A stretch of DNA of 64,000 nucleotides. Origin: Phycisphaerae bacterium. Its GTDB lineage: Bacteria > Planctomycetota > Phycisphaerae > UBA1845. Position 1 is the stretch's first letter. Each line of letters opens with the position of its first letter. The DNA lies in contig CAXXGO010000001.1 of the NCBI GenBank assembly GCA_963666835.2, positions 1,696,001 to 1,760,000 on the forward strand. The letters are read 5' to 3'. The notes beneath the pieces were generated by a model. The model saw only the letters and a list, made by a program, of their open reading frames with translations. It did no database searches and was not told the DNA's origin. Positions 29,001-38,799 of this stretch are shown here, piece by piece. Both the position numbers and the translations under genes were made by a program.

Positions 29001-30943
29001 GCACCCGTCTCGGTATCCGGCGGCGGGCAGCAGTTCGGCACACAACTCGTGGCGAAGCCGAGGAACGTACCACCGGCAGTATCGCAATCGCCCGGCGTGG
29101 TATCCGGCGTGCAACTGCCGTCCGCGGCACAGCAAGCACCAACGGTGCAACCGGTGAAGGTTGCGCAGTCTTCGGTCACGCCACCGACGAGATCGTCGTG
29201 CGAGGTCGGACCGAACCAGTTCTTGAACGTGCAATAGTCGCCCGGCGGGCAGTCGCGGTACCAGCTACACGCCGTGTCGGGGTGCTCTGCGCAGATACCA
29301 CATTCCCACATGTAGGTGTTGTTGCATTCACCCACAGCGCCGTCGACCGTGCAGCAAGCACCTTCCGGCTGAATCCCGGAATCAATCACCTGGCCGACCA
29401 GCTCGAACGCCAGAATGTCGGTTGCCAGGTCGGGGAAGTCACCGGTGACCTTGCCGGCCCCGATGTCCCACCACATCTCGGCAGCGTCGTTCAGACCGAT
29501 GTCGACGGCATCCGTCGACGCCCAGGTGGCGGAAGTCGTGGTCTCGTGGTCGGTGGAATCGACGTATCCACGCATCCCCACGAAGCCGTGTGGTGGAATG
29601 ACGAGCGGCGGGTTCTCAGGCTCGTCCGCGTTGTTCGGGTCAACGTCGCAATCGGGGTAGCAGTCTACCTTGTATGTCCAGTAGCGTATGCCGGGTTGAT
29701 TGAACTTCACGGCGAAAGCGCCGACAAACAGCTCGCTGTCGTCGTAGAATGAAAACAGAATAGGCTCACCTATATCCTGGACTCCGCCACGGAAGCGGAA
29801 CTCGTTCAGACGCATGGCCTTGCCACTCTCCAACGAGTAATCGTCACCGATGGTGAGATAACCGTCCTGGCACTGGTCAACATCCGCGACGCAGGGGTTC
29901 GGGATGCAGGAAATACCCGCATCGCAATCGTTGTTGTCGTCGCAAATCGCGTAGTTGCCGTCGTCGCACACTTTGCGGCAATCGTTATCGACGTAGCAAG
30001 CGTCCTCGGTGTACGTGCAAATCTTGTACGTGCCGATGACCTCAGCAACTTCATCGGTCTCGTCACCGCGGGGAGCAATACCACTGCCGTACTCCGGGCA
30101 CCAGCAATGGCCCAGATCGTCCGGGTTGCCGATCCGCAACCACTTGCCGCCACCACCGGTACAAGAAGCCTCGGTCGCGAGCGAACACGTCAGGCCGTTG
30201 CAGCAACGACCCATACCGGTCGAAAGCTCGCACCAATCCTCGGTCTCGTTGCAAACCGCCGTTGCCCCACCGGACGAACGCGGCATACACGAACCCGCCG
30301 GGCAATCTTCGGCTTCGTAGCACCAGTTGCCGGCATTGTCGCCACCAACACACGTCTTCGCACAGGGGCTCAACGCGCCACCCGCACCGTCGCTCTTGGC
30401 AACGCAGACGACGTCTTCGCCGCTGAGCATGCACTCATCGCGGGTGCAATAGAGGCCGTCCAGATCGCAGGGGTTACCAACGAGCTGAGGCCTATGCGCA
30501 CAAACGCCGTTGATGCAGGCGGCCACAAGGCACTCGTCCGCACCAGGCTCGACGCACTCGGCATCGCAATCGCAGGCACCGCCTACCGGAGTAGTGCCCC
30601 GTGCCAACGCACTCGCGCCACCCGCGGGCCCGGCCGACATCAGACGCGCCTCGATTGGCTGACAGTCCGCCGGGAGGGTGGGCGCCAGAATGTTGACACC
30701 GGTTTGCGGGCCTGGGTCGGCCTCGGGTATCGCTTTGCCCGCATAACGGTGCACCGATATGGGCGGTCCGTCGCCTCCGCTGGATGTTAAGGCGACGTAG
30801 GAGACCAAGTTGCCGGTCTCAGAACACGGGGTGATTTCGCTCGGATCGGCCGGAACGCGGCGCATGCTCCAACCGAACACTGCAAATCCCACGATCGTCA
30901 TCGCGGCGATTGCGTGCCTCTTATACACTCGTTTGTCTTTCAT
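26084..30943 (-). CDS. large secreted Cys/Asp-rich modular protein, paralog 3 (1619 aa)
   Basis: GGAGG RBS, signal peptide, repeated GACC and CxGGxNxG modules; the C-terminal roughly 620 aa are colinear with paralog 1. Confidence 0.88.
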   Translation of the reverse strand: MKDKRVYKRHAIAAMTIVGFAVFGWSMRRVPADPSEITPCSETGNLVSYVALTSSGGDGPPISVHRYAGKAIPEADPGPQTGVNILAPTLPADCQPIEARLMSAGPAGGASALARGTTPVGGACDCDAECVEPGADECLVAACINGVCAHRPQLVGNPCDLDGLYCTRDECMLSGEDVVCVAKSDGAGGALSPCAKTCVGGDNAGNWCYEAEDCPAGSCMPRSSGGATAVCNETEDWCELSTGMGRCCNGLTCSLATEASCTGGGGKWLRIGNPDDLGHCWCPEYGSGIAPRGDETDEVAEVIGTYKICTYTEDACYVDNDCRKVCDDGNYAICDDNNDCDAGISCIPNPCVADVDQCQDGYLTIGDDYSLESGKAMRLNEFRFRGGVQDIGEPILFSFYDDSELFVGAFAVKFNQPGIRYWTYKVDCYPDCDVDPNNADEPENPPLVIPPHGFVGMRGYVDSTDHETTTSATWASTDAVDIGLNDAAEMWWDIGAGKVTGDFPDLATDILAFELVGQVIDSGIQPEGACCTVDGAVGECNNTYMWECGICAEHPDTACSWYRDCPPGDYCTFKNWFGPTSHDDLVGGVTEDCATFTGCTVGACCAADGSCTPDTTPGDCDTAGGTFLGFATSCVPNCCPPPDTETGADAACDIWQCHDGADWVDPYVQCDPAGDDCEAGETCELRVPGPTEYTIDIPAFGAAPNSFTFMGDASGHDPYVTEVDGDDCNLGGEVDDGWYEAFVIVNNDGEEFDCAIVTIDFCCTDPIQTPVYIVMKDCCPCPGGICWVTLDQNPDGTTKSGWGPDCDVEVDGVDHCCQDDNFTGQFMVPSGRYSWQIPSGMVCDDTTEDCQDDDDCQPGVPCVSTAGAYTGHVTIEECPRAACCLNLCVGGTNDGEYCEDDAGCPGGACNNVCEIRTKLTCEEDGGDFLSFDTGTVVTCEASPCATGACCTGAGTCEDGAAFDTEVECEAAGGVYHGYVQCDEHEPCSVRSYWRSNICKEDDPDGNLILSDRSVDVRVADDFRPDGTQISTIYWTAGFYGGSGSDGYFECATDPPLDDWTVRFYQDAAGVPGAEIGVPGGQTLAIVVTTRHGGASRLWDYFGDVPTAVPVTAGDCYWMELTGLGEGSGGCHTYWATGSEGNDHSMLDILDPGDYGSEDVSTNDYVFCIDAGLMGTGDCGDVLAACCTCPGCTPDLTQTECVNDLDGVWRLGNACATAECPDVAPANDNCENAATNTAPLYWRCRGGLDSGDLCDLNADPNDPHADCRDDGDDIGYCVGYRVLDFENVCAGRHGVPDKTGCGWKGGDLRHDVWYRYTAPGNGVLKVSMCPSDVNPVSEGVLWDGMLAIYDTDTCPVTTADEMNCGDDECDWGGASEATVEVTEGQEYTIRIGGWWSSKWRSNPRGWGEVEFSFIDGDVTYEPPIAAPSPEDGPKNRYISIRSANVGTAVALQVTVSSSLYFPASAGETKYVGPVTAKGYHPLISEPLVQVWPEEDLHIFNCMIHPAATFEVRAGDGVDTWSDPLTIGTITKPGGKNHGDIVGAFTGTWQPPEGNMSMNDLMAALQAFGNAATAPPKHWADVHDDGPNQLVNMSDVLLLVNAFGGDPYPYNPGTAASPCSY

Positions 30944-31320
30944 GACCCTTTACCTCCAATAGAGATGAACACCTGGACCCCATTTGACAGACGCGCCCTC
31001 CGGGATGGGCGCGGCGAATGTGTCATGCGAAGACCGAACCGACCAAAACGCCACGCCGGGGATGCGATAGGCCGGCGCGATCCTCAGATACCGAACACGT
31101 CATGTGAATGGCATCATGATAGTGAGCCGGTAGTCCGAAAGCCAGGGAAATGCGTGTCGTGACCGGTTAGCGAGCGCCGTGCGGTAACCGATCCCGCCGG
31201 CCAGCGGGGTGCGTTGGCTCTCTATGCGGCGCTTCGCTGCACAACCGGGCGCAGAATACGGGCCGCGTCTGTCTGTTGTCGTGCGCGCGGTGTGTTTGAT
31301 GGCTGCGCGGACAACAGGAG

Positions 31321-31346
31321 AGGGGCGGACGTGGTCGCCCGCCCCT
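31321..31346 (-). terminator. terminator-like hairpin after paralog 4
   Basis: AGGGGCGG-ACGTGGTCGC-CCGCCCCT, matching 26034-26059. Confidence 0.55.
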
Positions 31347-31543
31347 GTCGAAATGCCCTAGGAAATCAAATCAGTCGGTGCAGGGAGACCATGCGGTACC
31401 CGGATCATACGGGTACTCGCTGCCGGTGAAAGCGTTTATCTCTATCAAAACGTCTGACATAGTGACGATCTCGTTAGGACCTTCGTCATGCAGGTCCACC
31501 CAGTGGCGGGGGGGGGCTTGAACCGTGACCTGGAATCCCAGCA

Positions 31544-32585
31544 CCTGATTCTCTACCTCGCTCCGGTGGTTAACTCCTTTAATGTCAGTGGTTTGGCAGC
31601 TACGGCCGCGATAACAAGGCGATCGAAGAGTTTTGCTTCCATCCAGCGACGGTTGGCCCGATAGGTGAACGCGGCCAGGTAACGGTCGAGGTGTTTGGGC
31701 GAAACGCTGTGATATGTGCCCACAATCATCCGCTTCAGGTTGCCGATGAAGGTGTGAACCCAGGGGAAAATTTGAACCGCATTCTTCCCACCGCCCGTCA
31801 CGATTGCCTCGTGCTCGTACCCGGCCTTGGCCACTGAAACGTAACTTCCCCATCCGTCCGTCCGGAGACATGAGCCCTTCGCTACGTGTCTCGTCGTGAA
31901 ACCCCTCAGGCTTCGAGCGTCGACGCTTTTCAGTCCCTGAATGGCGATTCGCTTAGGCCGGTCGTTCTCGTCAAGCTCGACGGCCACTCCCACTGGGACC
32001 TTCTTCTCCACTCCACGCCCCGGCCGACCCGGTTCCCGGCCGCCAACGTATGTCTCGTCGACCTCCACAAGTCCCTGCAGGACATAACGTTGGCATCGTT
32101 GACGCATGGCCTCGCGGAGCTTCTGCAGCATCATCCAGGCAGTCTGGTAGCAGACCTGGATCTGCTTGGCCAACGCCGTGGCCGCGAGGCCTTTCTTCGA
32201 GTGAGCCTCTTGATACATAGCCCAGAACCACTTCCAGAGCGGCACGCGGGCACCGTGAAACACCGTGCCGGCCGTCGGTGAGGTCTGATGGTGACACTCC
32301 CGGCACTCGACGAGCCCTCGGGTCGGGAGCCACCATCCGCGGTTATGCCCACAGTCCGGGCAGACGAACCGTTCCAGGTTCGGTCCCCAGCGAGCCTTTC
32401 GCAGATACGCGGCACAGGCCGCATCATCTCCGAAGCGACGCATAAACGACGCTACATCCAAGATCTTGGGCACGGGATGCTTCGGGCGAATCTCGTCAGA
32501 CATGGCCGACCTCCTCCATGAACCATGAAATCGTAAGCCCTAACAAATACCGTACTTAGCCGCCGGAGTCAAGTAGAGAATCAGG
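31544..32585 (-). mobile_element. IS1595-family insertion sequence, 1042 bp
   Basis: About 30-bp imperfect inverted repeats starting CCTGATTCTCTAC; 8-bp duplication TCCCAGCA at 31536-31543 and 32586-32593. Confidence 0.93.
31553..32503 (-). CDS. IS1595-family transposase
   Basis: CPDC...CREC zinc ribbon, VEVDETYVGG, TDGWGSY, YHSVSPKHLDRYL. Confidence 0.93.
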   Translation of the reverse strand: MSDEIRPKHPVPKILDVASFMRRFGDDAACAAYLRKARWGPNLERFVCPDCGHNRGWWLPTRGLVECRECHHQTSPTAGTVFHGARVPLWKWFWAMYQEAHSKKGLAATALAKQIQVCYQTAWMMLQKLREAMRQRCQRYVLQGLVEVDETYVGGREPGRPGRGVEKKVPVGVAVELDENDRPKRIAIQGLKSVDARSLRGFTTRHVAKGSCLRTDGWGSYVSVAKAGYEHEAIVTGGGKNAVQIFPWVHTFIGNLKRMIVGTYHSVSPKHLDRYLAAFTYRANRRWMEAKLFDRLVIAAVAAKPLTLKELTTGAR

Positions 32586-33899
32586 TCCCAGCATTATAGC
32601 CATGAGGTCATTCATATTCACCAAGCCGTCCGGCCCCGTCCAGGATCCACCCACGGGCGGTCCCACGACATCGCCCCAGTATTTCTCGCTTGGTTTGGGA
32701 GTTGATGAAATGACCAGCGGATCCGACCAGGTACTCGCACCGTCACCAGCCCGAACCTCGAACGTCGCGGCCGGGTGGATCATACAACTGCAGATGTGCA
32801 GTGGCTCCTCCGGCCAGACCTGCACTAACGGCGTGGAGACCAGCCGATAAACGCCACGAGCCGATACCGCACCGACATACTTGGTCTCGCCGACCGAGTC
32901 CGGGAAGTACAAGCTGGACGCCACTTTCACCTGCAGCGCAACCGGATTACCCACATTCTCCGCCATGATCGAGATGTAGCGGTTCTTTGTGTCGTCTTCG
33001 GGAGGCGGCGGCAGCACGGGAGACTCATACGGATCGCGGGCATCGCCATAGTCTGACTCTCCCTCAGTCCAATCGTCGTTCGCAGGCTGGGGAGCATAGT
33101 CGGTGGAATCGGATAAGGCGCCATGGACGCTCCAGCCAAACACAATCAGCCCTGCAACCGCCAACCCTGCGATTGCACACTTCCGGTGAATTCGTGTGTC
33201 TTTCATGACTGTTGACCTCCGTTGTTTAGATACGAACACCTCAACCTATGAGATAAACATGCCCTCTCGGAAGGGCGCAGTATATGTGCTGTGAAATAAA
33301 GGGACTGCCCAAGGGGCTCTGCCCGGTGAGCGACGGATACGCGTAATCGCTGGTCGGCTCTCGGCAAGGAGGCGGCGATGCCGCGTCGCTGCGGGTATTC
33401 GGAAAAGGTCCGCCTGTGGTCGGTCGGCAAGGGCTCCCGTTTCCAGCCGGTCATAATGACCCTCCGTACGTGCGGCGAGGAATCGGATGCTCGACCGCTT
33501 GGCCGGAGTCTGTGACCGATGTCGGCAGAGTGCCGGAGACGTCCGAGCCCCGGTCAAGTCCTCGCCACGGCCGCGGCCCGAGCGGAGCGCGAGCGAGCTG
33601 CGATTGGTGAGAAGCCCGATCACCCTCCACAATCGAATTATAGGAACACTCGCTAGAAAAAAGCAAGCGAAAAACGCCCATCGCGAGAAATTCGTCCTTA
33701 ATCTGCGCGGTTCCATTCCTACTTCCTAGGGGGCGGAATGGCCTGTGAGCTGGGCCGGCTGGCGGGTTGCTCAACCGTAAGGGCGGTTGCGTGAACCGCC
33801 GGGGTTGATTTCGGCGCCGTTTTGCCGCGAAATAGCTGCGAAGGGCCTGGCAGGCTGACGTGCTCTCGACGCGCCGGCAGGATCAGGGACCCTGTGAAG

Positions 33900-33983
33900 G
33901 CGGCTGTGGCGGAATTGGCAGACGCGCCAGACTTAGGATCTGGTGGCCGAGAGGCCGTGGAGGTTCGAGTCCTCTCAGCCGCA
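33900..33983 (+). tRNA. tRNA-Leu (anticodon TAG)
   Basis: GCGGCTG/CAGCCGC acceptor stem, TGGCAGA D loop, CCAGA-CTTAGGA-TCTGG anticodon arm, long variable arm, GGTTCGAGTCC; CCA not encoded. Confidence 0.95.
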
Positions 33984-34140
33984 ATAATCTACATGCATGC
34001 CTGTCTGCGCTGGCATCGCAGGGCAATTGTACAGCCCCGGCAACGATGACGGCAGGTCTCGTTCCGCGTCGCCGTGCGGCCGTCTCGCGGGGCTCTGACG
34101 CGCCTTAATGAAGTTGATAGAAACGCGGCGGGGGAGGCCT

Positions 34141-34602
34141 TCACATCGGTTCGATCGGGTAGGCGGGGGCTCCGGCCGTATGGACCGGGACGGACATCGA
34201 GGCATGGTAGACCTCGGTGCATACGGACCATCTTACGGCCAGGGTCGCGTAGATAAGGAGCACAACGAGGGCCCCGAGCTCGGTGATACGGGCGGTGCGG
34301 TACTTGAGCAACGGATAGCTGCCGATGAAGACCAGGCCTATCTTGTAGAGGATCAGGGGGACGGTCCCGGTGGCCAGCACTCCGCGTGCGACGGGGTTTT
34401 GCTCGTGCAGGAGCCCCTGATCGTGCGCAAGGATGGTAAGGACCAGGTCGAACGCGTTGATCAACCAGATGCCCGCCACCAGACAGATAACACGGTGCGA
34501 TCTGGCGTCTACCAGACATCCGACGCACCACTGTGCCCATTCTTGGAAGTCGCGGCTCCGGCCCAACGCACCGTTCGGCGGTGTCGTGGAGTACAGGGGC
34601 AT
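34141..34602 (-). CDS. small membrane protein, DUF5658-like
   Basis: NAFDLVLT...HEQNPVAR...YK pattern with three hydrophobic segments; family assigned from memory. Confidence 0.65.
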   Translation of the reverse strand: MPLYSTTPPNGALGRSRDFQEWAQWCVGCLVDARSHRVICLVAGIWLINAFDLVLTILAHDQGLLHEQNPVARGVLATGTVPLILYKIGLVFIGSYPLLKYRTARITELGALVVLLIYATLAVRWSVCTEVYHASMSVPVHTAGAPAYPIEPM

Positions 34603-35135
34603 GCGTGTACATCGGAACGCCGGCGACGCGACATGATGGTGGCCCGAGAAGGTGATAAGGTCCTATAAAAACAATGCGTTTTGCCGTAGAAGAAGGGTAT
34701 TCCCTCGCTGTTCGGGAGCGCGGCGACCCTTAGGCGCGTTGCAGACGCCGGGGGAATCTCCAGGGGAGCTGCGTGTTCGAACGTGTCCCGATCCCGCCGG
34801 GTGTGGTCGAGTCGGCTGGCGGTTCATCCTGAGCGTCGGGAACAGGTGTCCTCCGCAGATGGGATCGTCGCACAACGCCGTGCCGACGGTAACGCACGGA
34901 GCGATGTCCGAGGCTCGCTTGGCCATGTTGTCAGGAGGGAAGAAGAGGCAGAGGAGCCGACTCCTGTATCCCGGCCCTTCAGCTCCACACAGGGGGGCGA
35001 CGGGACGTACGCAGCATCGCTGCCGTATGACACTCTTCCACGTCTTTCAAAACATTTGAAAGGTTTTGGAGTGCAGGGCGTGGGGCAGTAGAATCCAATC
35101 CGGTATTCGATAGACGAGGATTCGCAGGCGGATAG

Positions 35136-36152
35136 TTGGACGATCCAGTTCTCGTGAAGTGTGAGCAGTTGACCGACGTTGCACCTCCTTTGAGTGATCT
35201 GTACGCGCCGGTTCGATCGGACTTGGGCGAGGTCGCGCGAATCTTCGACGAGGAGCTGGTCAGCGAACAACCGTTTATTAACGCGCTGTGTGACACAGTC
35301 CGGTCATATCGTGGGAAGATGCTGAGGCCCGCGATGCTGCTGCTGGCCGGGCAAGGAGGAGGAGAGTTGTCGCCGGACCATCACCGGCTGGGCGCGGTCA
35401 TCGAGATGGTACACATGGCCACGCTTGTACACGATGACATCCTCGATGAGGCGGACGAGCGTCGTGGACAACCTTCGGTGAACTCGCTCTCGGGCAATGT
35501 TGCGGCCGTGCTCCTGGGCGACTACCTCATCAGCCACGCCTATCATCTCTGCAGTTCGGTCGGGGACACCCATGCGGCGAAACGGGTTGCGGACGCGACC
35601 AACACGGTCTGCGAAGGCGAACTTCTGCAGGATCAGCATTGTGGGGATCCGGAGGTCACCGAGTCGCTCTATTACGATATCGTGCGTCGCAAGACCGGGG
35701 CGCTGACGGCCATTGCGGGTGAACTCGGGGCGTATTACGCGGGGGCGGATGCCGAAGTGGTCGAGGCGATGCACTCGTTCGGAATGTCGGCCGGGGTCGC
35801 CTTTCAGATTGTCGATGATGTGTTGGATCTGGTTGGCGATCGGCGGAAGGTGGGCAAAACGCTCGGACGCGACCTTGCGATGGGCAAGCTGACTCTACCG
35901 ACTATTCACGGCATGGCCCATGCGGACGACGAGACGGCGGCAATCTTGCGTTCGGCAATTGTGGGTGAGGGGTCTTGGGATGCGGTTCAGCTTCGCGGCC
36001 GCCTGACGGAAGTCGGTAGTGTTGATTATGCCCTTGCGGCGGCTGCCGCCCATGTGGACACGGCGTTGGCCCAGCTTGTCCATCTTAAGCCCGGCAAGGC
36101 CCGATCGTCGCTTTCGGCGATGGCCGAGTTCATCGTTCGGCGGCATTTCTGA
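35136..36152 (+). CDS. polyprenyl diphosphate synthase
   Basis: GKMLRP, HDDILDEADERRG, KTGAL, FQIVDDVLD, GKLTLP; start codon uncertain. Confidence 0.93.
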   Translation: MDDPVLVKCEQLTDVAPPLSDLYAPVRSDLGEVARIFDEELVSEQPFINALCDTVRSYRGKMLRPAMLLLAGQGGGELSPDHHRLGAVIEMVHMATLVHDDILDEADERRGQPSVNSLSGNVAAVLLGDYLISHAYHLCSSVGDTHAAKRVADATNTVCEGELLQDQHCGDPEVTESLYYDIVRRKTGALTAIAGELGAYYAGADAEVVEAMHSFGMSAGVAFQIVDDVLDLVGDRRKVGKTLGRDLAMGKLTLPTIHGMAHADDETAAILRSAIVGEGSWDAVQLRGRLTEVGSVDYALAAAAAHVDTALAQLVHLKPGKARSSLSAMAEFIVRRHF

Positions 36153-36207
36153 TCGTGCGGTGGGCAGGGCTGTTGCAGCGTAATGTACGAGCGACGTGCT
36201 TCGGCCT

Positions 36208-36236
36208 TTCAAGTTTGTCGGTTTGTTTGCTATAAT
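36208..36236 (+). promoter_or_regulatory. putative sigma-70 promoter with extended -10
   Basis: TTCAAG-17 nt-TATAAT, with TG immediately upstream (TGCTATAAT). Confidence 0.55.
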
Positions 36237-36324
36237 GACGGACGGCGGGATTCCGGGAACCTGAGGCTTCATCTGAGGCCTAGGCGACTGAGTCCCGGGG
36301 CTGCATTTCGGATGGAGTTTTGCC

Positions 36325-37431
36325 ATGTCCACGGTGCATGTTGCGTGGGCGCGAGCCGGCTTGTTGACGGTAGCGATTCTGCTCGGGTCGTTTCTGGTGC
36401 GCAGATCCGTAGCGGACGACGTGCATGAGAATCTTCCCGAGACGATAGTCCGTCAGTTCAACGGTCTGGAGGAGCAGCTCGAGGGGTTTGACTGGGAGGA
36501 GGAGCATCGCCGCATTACGGAGATGATCGACCGCGTGTGGGAACAGAACGGATGGGACGGAGAGGCCGATCTGTACGCGCGCGACTTGGCCAGAGACGTT
36601 GCCGCGATTCCCCCGTGGAAGTTCACGGAGCGGTTCGGGCTGTTCTCGCAGCGGATAACGGAGCGGTACCGCCTCTCACCGGAACAGTCCGGGTACTTTC
36701 AGGGCATGATGGTGCGGGAATTGGGCGGAGTCCTTCTCAAACACGGTCCAACGATTTTCGACCAAGTGCGGGAGGTTGTCGAGGTTCGCGATCGCGGAGA
36801 ACCGTTCACTGCGGAGCAAGTTGCACGTTGGACGAACGCGAGTCAGACGCTGTTCACCGATGCTCGCGGGGTCGCTGATCGTGTAATCGCGGGGCTGACC
36901 TCCAAGCTGCGGCCGGCGCAGCGGAAGACTCTGGCTCGGGACGTAGCTGCATTCGACCGCCGCTGGGACGCGCTTGAGGAGATGCGCAAACGGTGGAAAG
37001 CCGGCGGGTGGCGCCCGGGGGACTGGGGGTTTGGTAGTGGGAAGGTAGAGAGCCGGGGATTAGATGCCTCGGCACCGGATGCACGGCCCATCGCCGGCGG
37101 GAAGGCGGAACCGGTCAAGGCGTGGGAGAACGCTCGGGTTTCGCGGTGGGTGGCCCATGACCCGTCAACGTGGTATTCCCTTGTGTTGGATTGTCAGAGG
37201 CGGTACGACTTGGATTCGGGGCAGATGAGCGCGGCGCGGTCGATCCACGATGAGTTGGCGGAACGGGCGATGGCCTATACAGAGCCCAGAAGTGAGGCTT
37301 TGGAGAAGATCCCGCCAAAGGACCGGAGCACCCACGAGGCGTACGGGCCGGTTCGGGTGCTCTTCGAGCAGTTGCAGGAGCGGATCGAGGCGATTCCCAC
37401 ACGGAAGCAGCAAGACCAGGCCCGTTCGTAG
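36325..37431 (+). CDS. exported hypothetical protein
   Basis: GGAG RBS, N-terminal hydrophobic segment, charged helical body. Confidence 0.7.
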   Translation: MSTVHVAWARAGLLTVAILLGSFLVRRSVADDVHENLPETIVRQFNGLEEQLEGFDWEEEHRRITEMIDRVWEQNGWDGEADLYARDLARDVAAIPPWKFTERFGLFSQRITERYRLSPEQSGYFQGMMVRELGGVLLKHGPTIFDQVREVVEVRDRGEPFTAEQVARWTNASQTLFTDARGVADRVIAGLTSKLRPAQRKTLARDVAAFDRRWDALEEMRKRWKAGGWRPGDWGFGSGKVESRGLDASAPDARPIAGGKAEPVKAWENARVSRWVAHDPSTWYSLVLDCQRRYDLDSGQMSAARSIHDELAERAMAYTEPRSEALEKIPPKDRSTHEAYGPVRVLFEQLQERIEAIPTRKQQDQARS

Positions 37432-37579
37432 AGGGTCTTCGAGGAGGGTCTTACGTCCCGGTTACCTGGGGGCGGTCTGCGGCGATCCGGCGGGTTTGAG
37501 CTGTGCGGCGAGCTCCGAAGTGCCGATTGAAGAAGTAGATGGTGTACCCGTATGGTGCGCCTAGTCAGGAGTTGAGCGT

Positions 37580-38686
37580 TTGACTAGTCAGGGAAAGACT
37601 TATTCTCGGACCCGGCGTCCGTTTGGTTGGGCTGTACCCGCTGTGTTGCTGGCAGTTGGGCAGGTTTGGGCTCAGGTTCAGAATCCCGCGCAGGTGATTG
37701 GGGATTCCTCGACGGATGTTTACGGTAACGCCCGTCCCTGGAGGGCTGAACGGCGGATCGTGGGCAGCTTTTCGCACGACGTCCAATACCAGGCGACCCA
37801 GGGGCTTCAGGATCTGGGCATGCGGGTGAACCAACGAGGCGCTCAGGCGGGGTTCTCTGTAGCCGGTGATCTGTTCGGACAATCTCGGAGCGTTCGGTAC
37901 CGAGCCGCACCGGTGTTTGGTGCGCCTACTTACGCGGCGCAAAGGACGTTTGCGCAGTACGGTGGGTTTGGGCGGCGGGTCCGATCAACGTATGAGGGGG
38001 ACATGTCCGCGGTGTTCTCCCGCCGGTATGCCTTGATTGAGGCGACGTCCCGGGCGGCGCCGGTTCGGCGGGCTCTCATGCGGCGAGGTTTGCGTTCGGT
38101 GGAGGGAGAAGCGGACGAAGGTGCTCCGCGTTTGCCGACCGAGGGCGTGGCGGATATGCCGACGGCCGAGCCGACTCTGGATGAGGAGTTGTCGAGAGGA
38201 GTCAGCCGTTCACACGGGCGAGTGCGCGACGATGCATGGGCGTTCTTCAAGGACGGCGAGTACCGTCGAGCGGCACGGGCGTTCGAGTCTGCCAGTGCCA
38301 TGGAGCCGACAGACTACGAGTCGCGGATCGGTGAGATCTTCTGCTATGCTTCGGTCGGGGCACTCCGGACTGCGACGGTGCTTCTTGGGAGTCTCAGCCG
38401 GCGCGATCCGAACCCGTTTCGCCACGACCTGAGAGTTGACGAGTTCTTCGAGGACCCGATTGCCGTTCGGGAAATTCAACTCCGATGCCGCGTATTCTCG
38501 CGCAGCAACCATGAGGTGGCGGATGCGTCGGCGCTGTATCCGTTTGTTTCGTGGTTTGTCGGGCAGCGTGAGGAGGCGGTTTCGGCGGCGGGCGAGCTTG
38601 TCCGAGTTTTCGAAGGAACCACGTATGCGGATTGGCCCAGATTGATGCGTTCGGCCGGCGAGACTGCCGGTGGAACGGTTGATTAA
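37580..38686 (+). CDS. exported hypothetical protein with a TPR-like motif
   Basis: AGGAG RBS, signal-like segment ending VWA, AWAFFKDGEYRRAARAFESA. Confidence 0.65.
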   Translation: MTSQGKTYSRTRRPFGWAVPAVLLAVGQVWAQVQNPAQVIGDSSTDVYGNARPWRAERRIVGSFSHDVQYQATQGLQDLGMRVNQRGAQAGFSVAGDLFGQSRSVRYRAAPVFGAPTYAAQRTFAQYGGFGRRVRSTYEGDMSAVFSRRYALIEATSRAAPVRRALMRRGLRSVEGEADEGAPRLPTEGVADMPTAEPTLDEELSRGVSRSHGRVRDDAWAFFKDGEYRRAARAFESASAMEPTDYESRIGEIFCYASVGALRTATVLLGSLSRRDPNPFRHDLRVDEFFEDPIAVREIQLRCRVFSRSNHEVADASALYPFVSWFVGQREEAVSAAGELVRVFEGTTYADWPRLMRSAGETAGGTVD

Positions 38687-38799
38687 TGGCCTCGCGACGT
38701 TCTTCTGCGCCTCCTTTGCGCGGGGGCGACTTGTTACCGTTGGCTTGGTCCGTTTGCGGCGGCGACTGATCCGAGCCGGATGAAGATTGGGCGGTTCTT

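Larger units (their letters stand above)
31371..33206 (-). pseudogene. minimal secreted paralog 4 (261 aa when reconstructed), interrupted by IS1595
   Basis: Removing the IS and one target duplication joins NDLMAIMLG to FQVTVQAPPRHWVDLHDEGPN...YPYDPGTAWSPCTD in frame. Confidence 0.9.

Noticed and set aside
27860..29752. 630-aa plus-strand ORF
   Set aside because: Antisense shadow of the 1619-aa gene with no recognisable motifs.
33900..33983. tRNA-Leu as attachment site of a genomic island
   Set aside because: No integrase and no duplicated tRNA 3' end were found.
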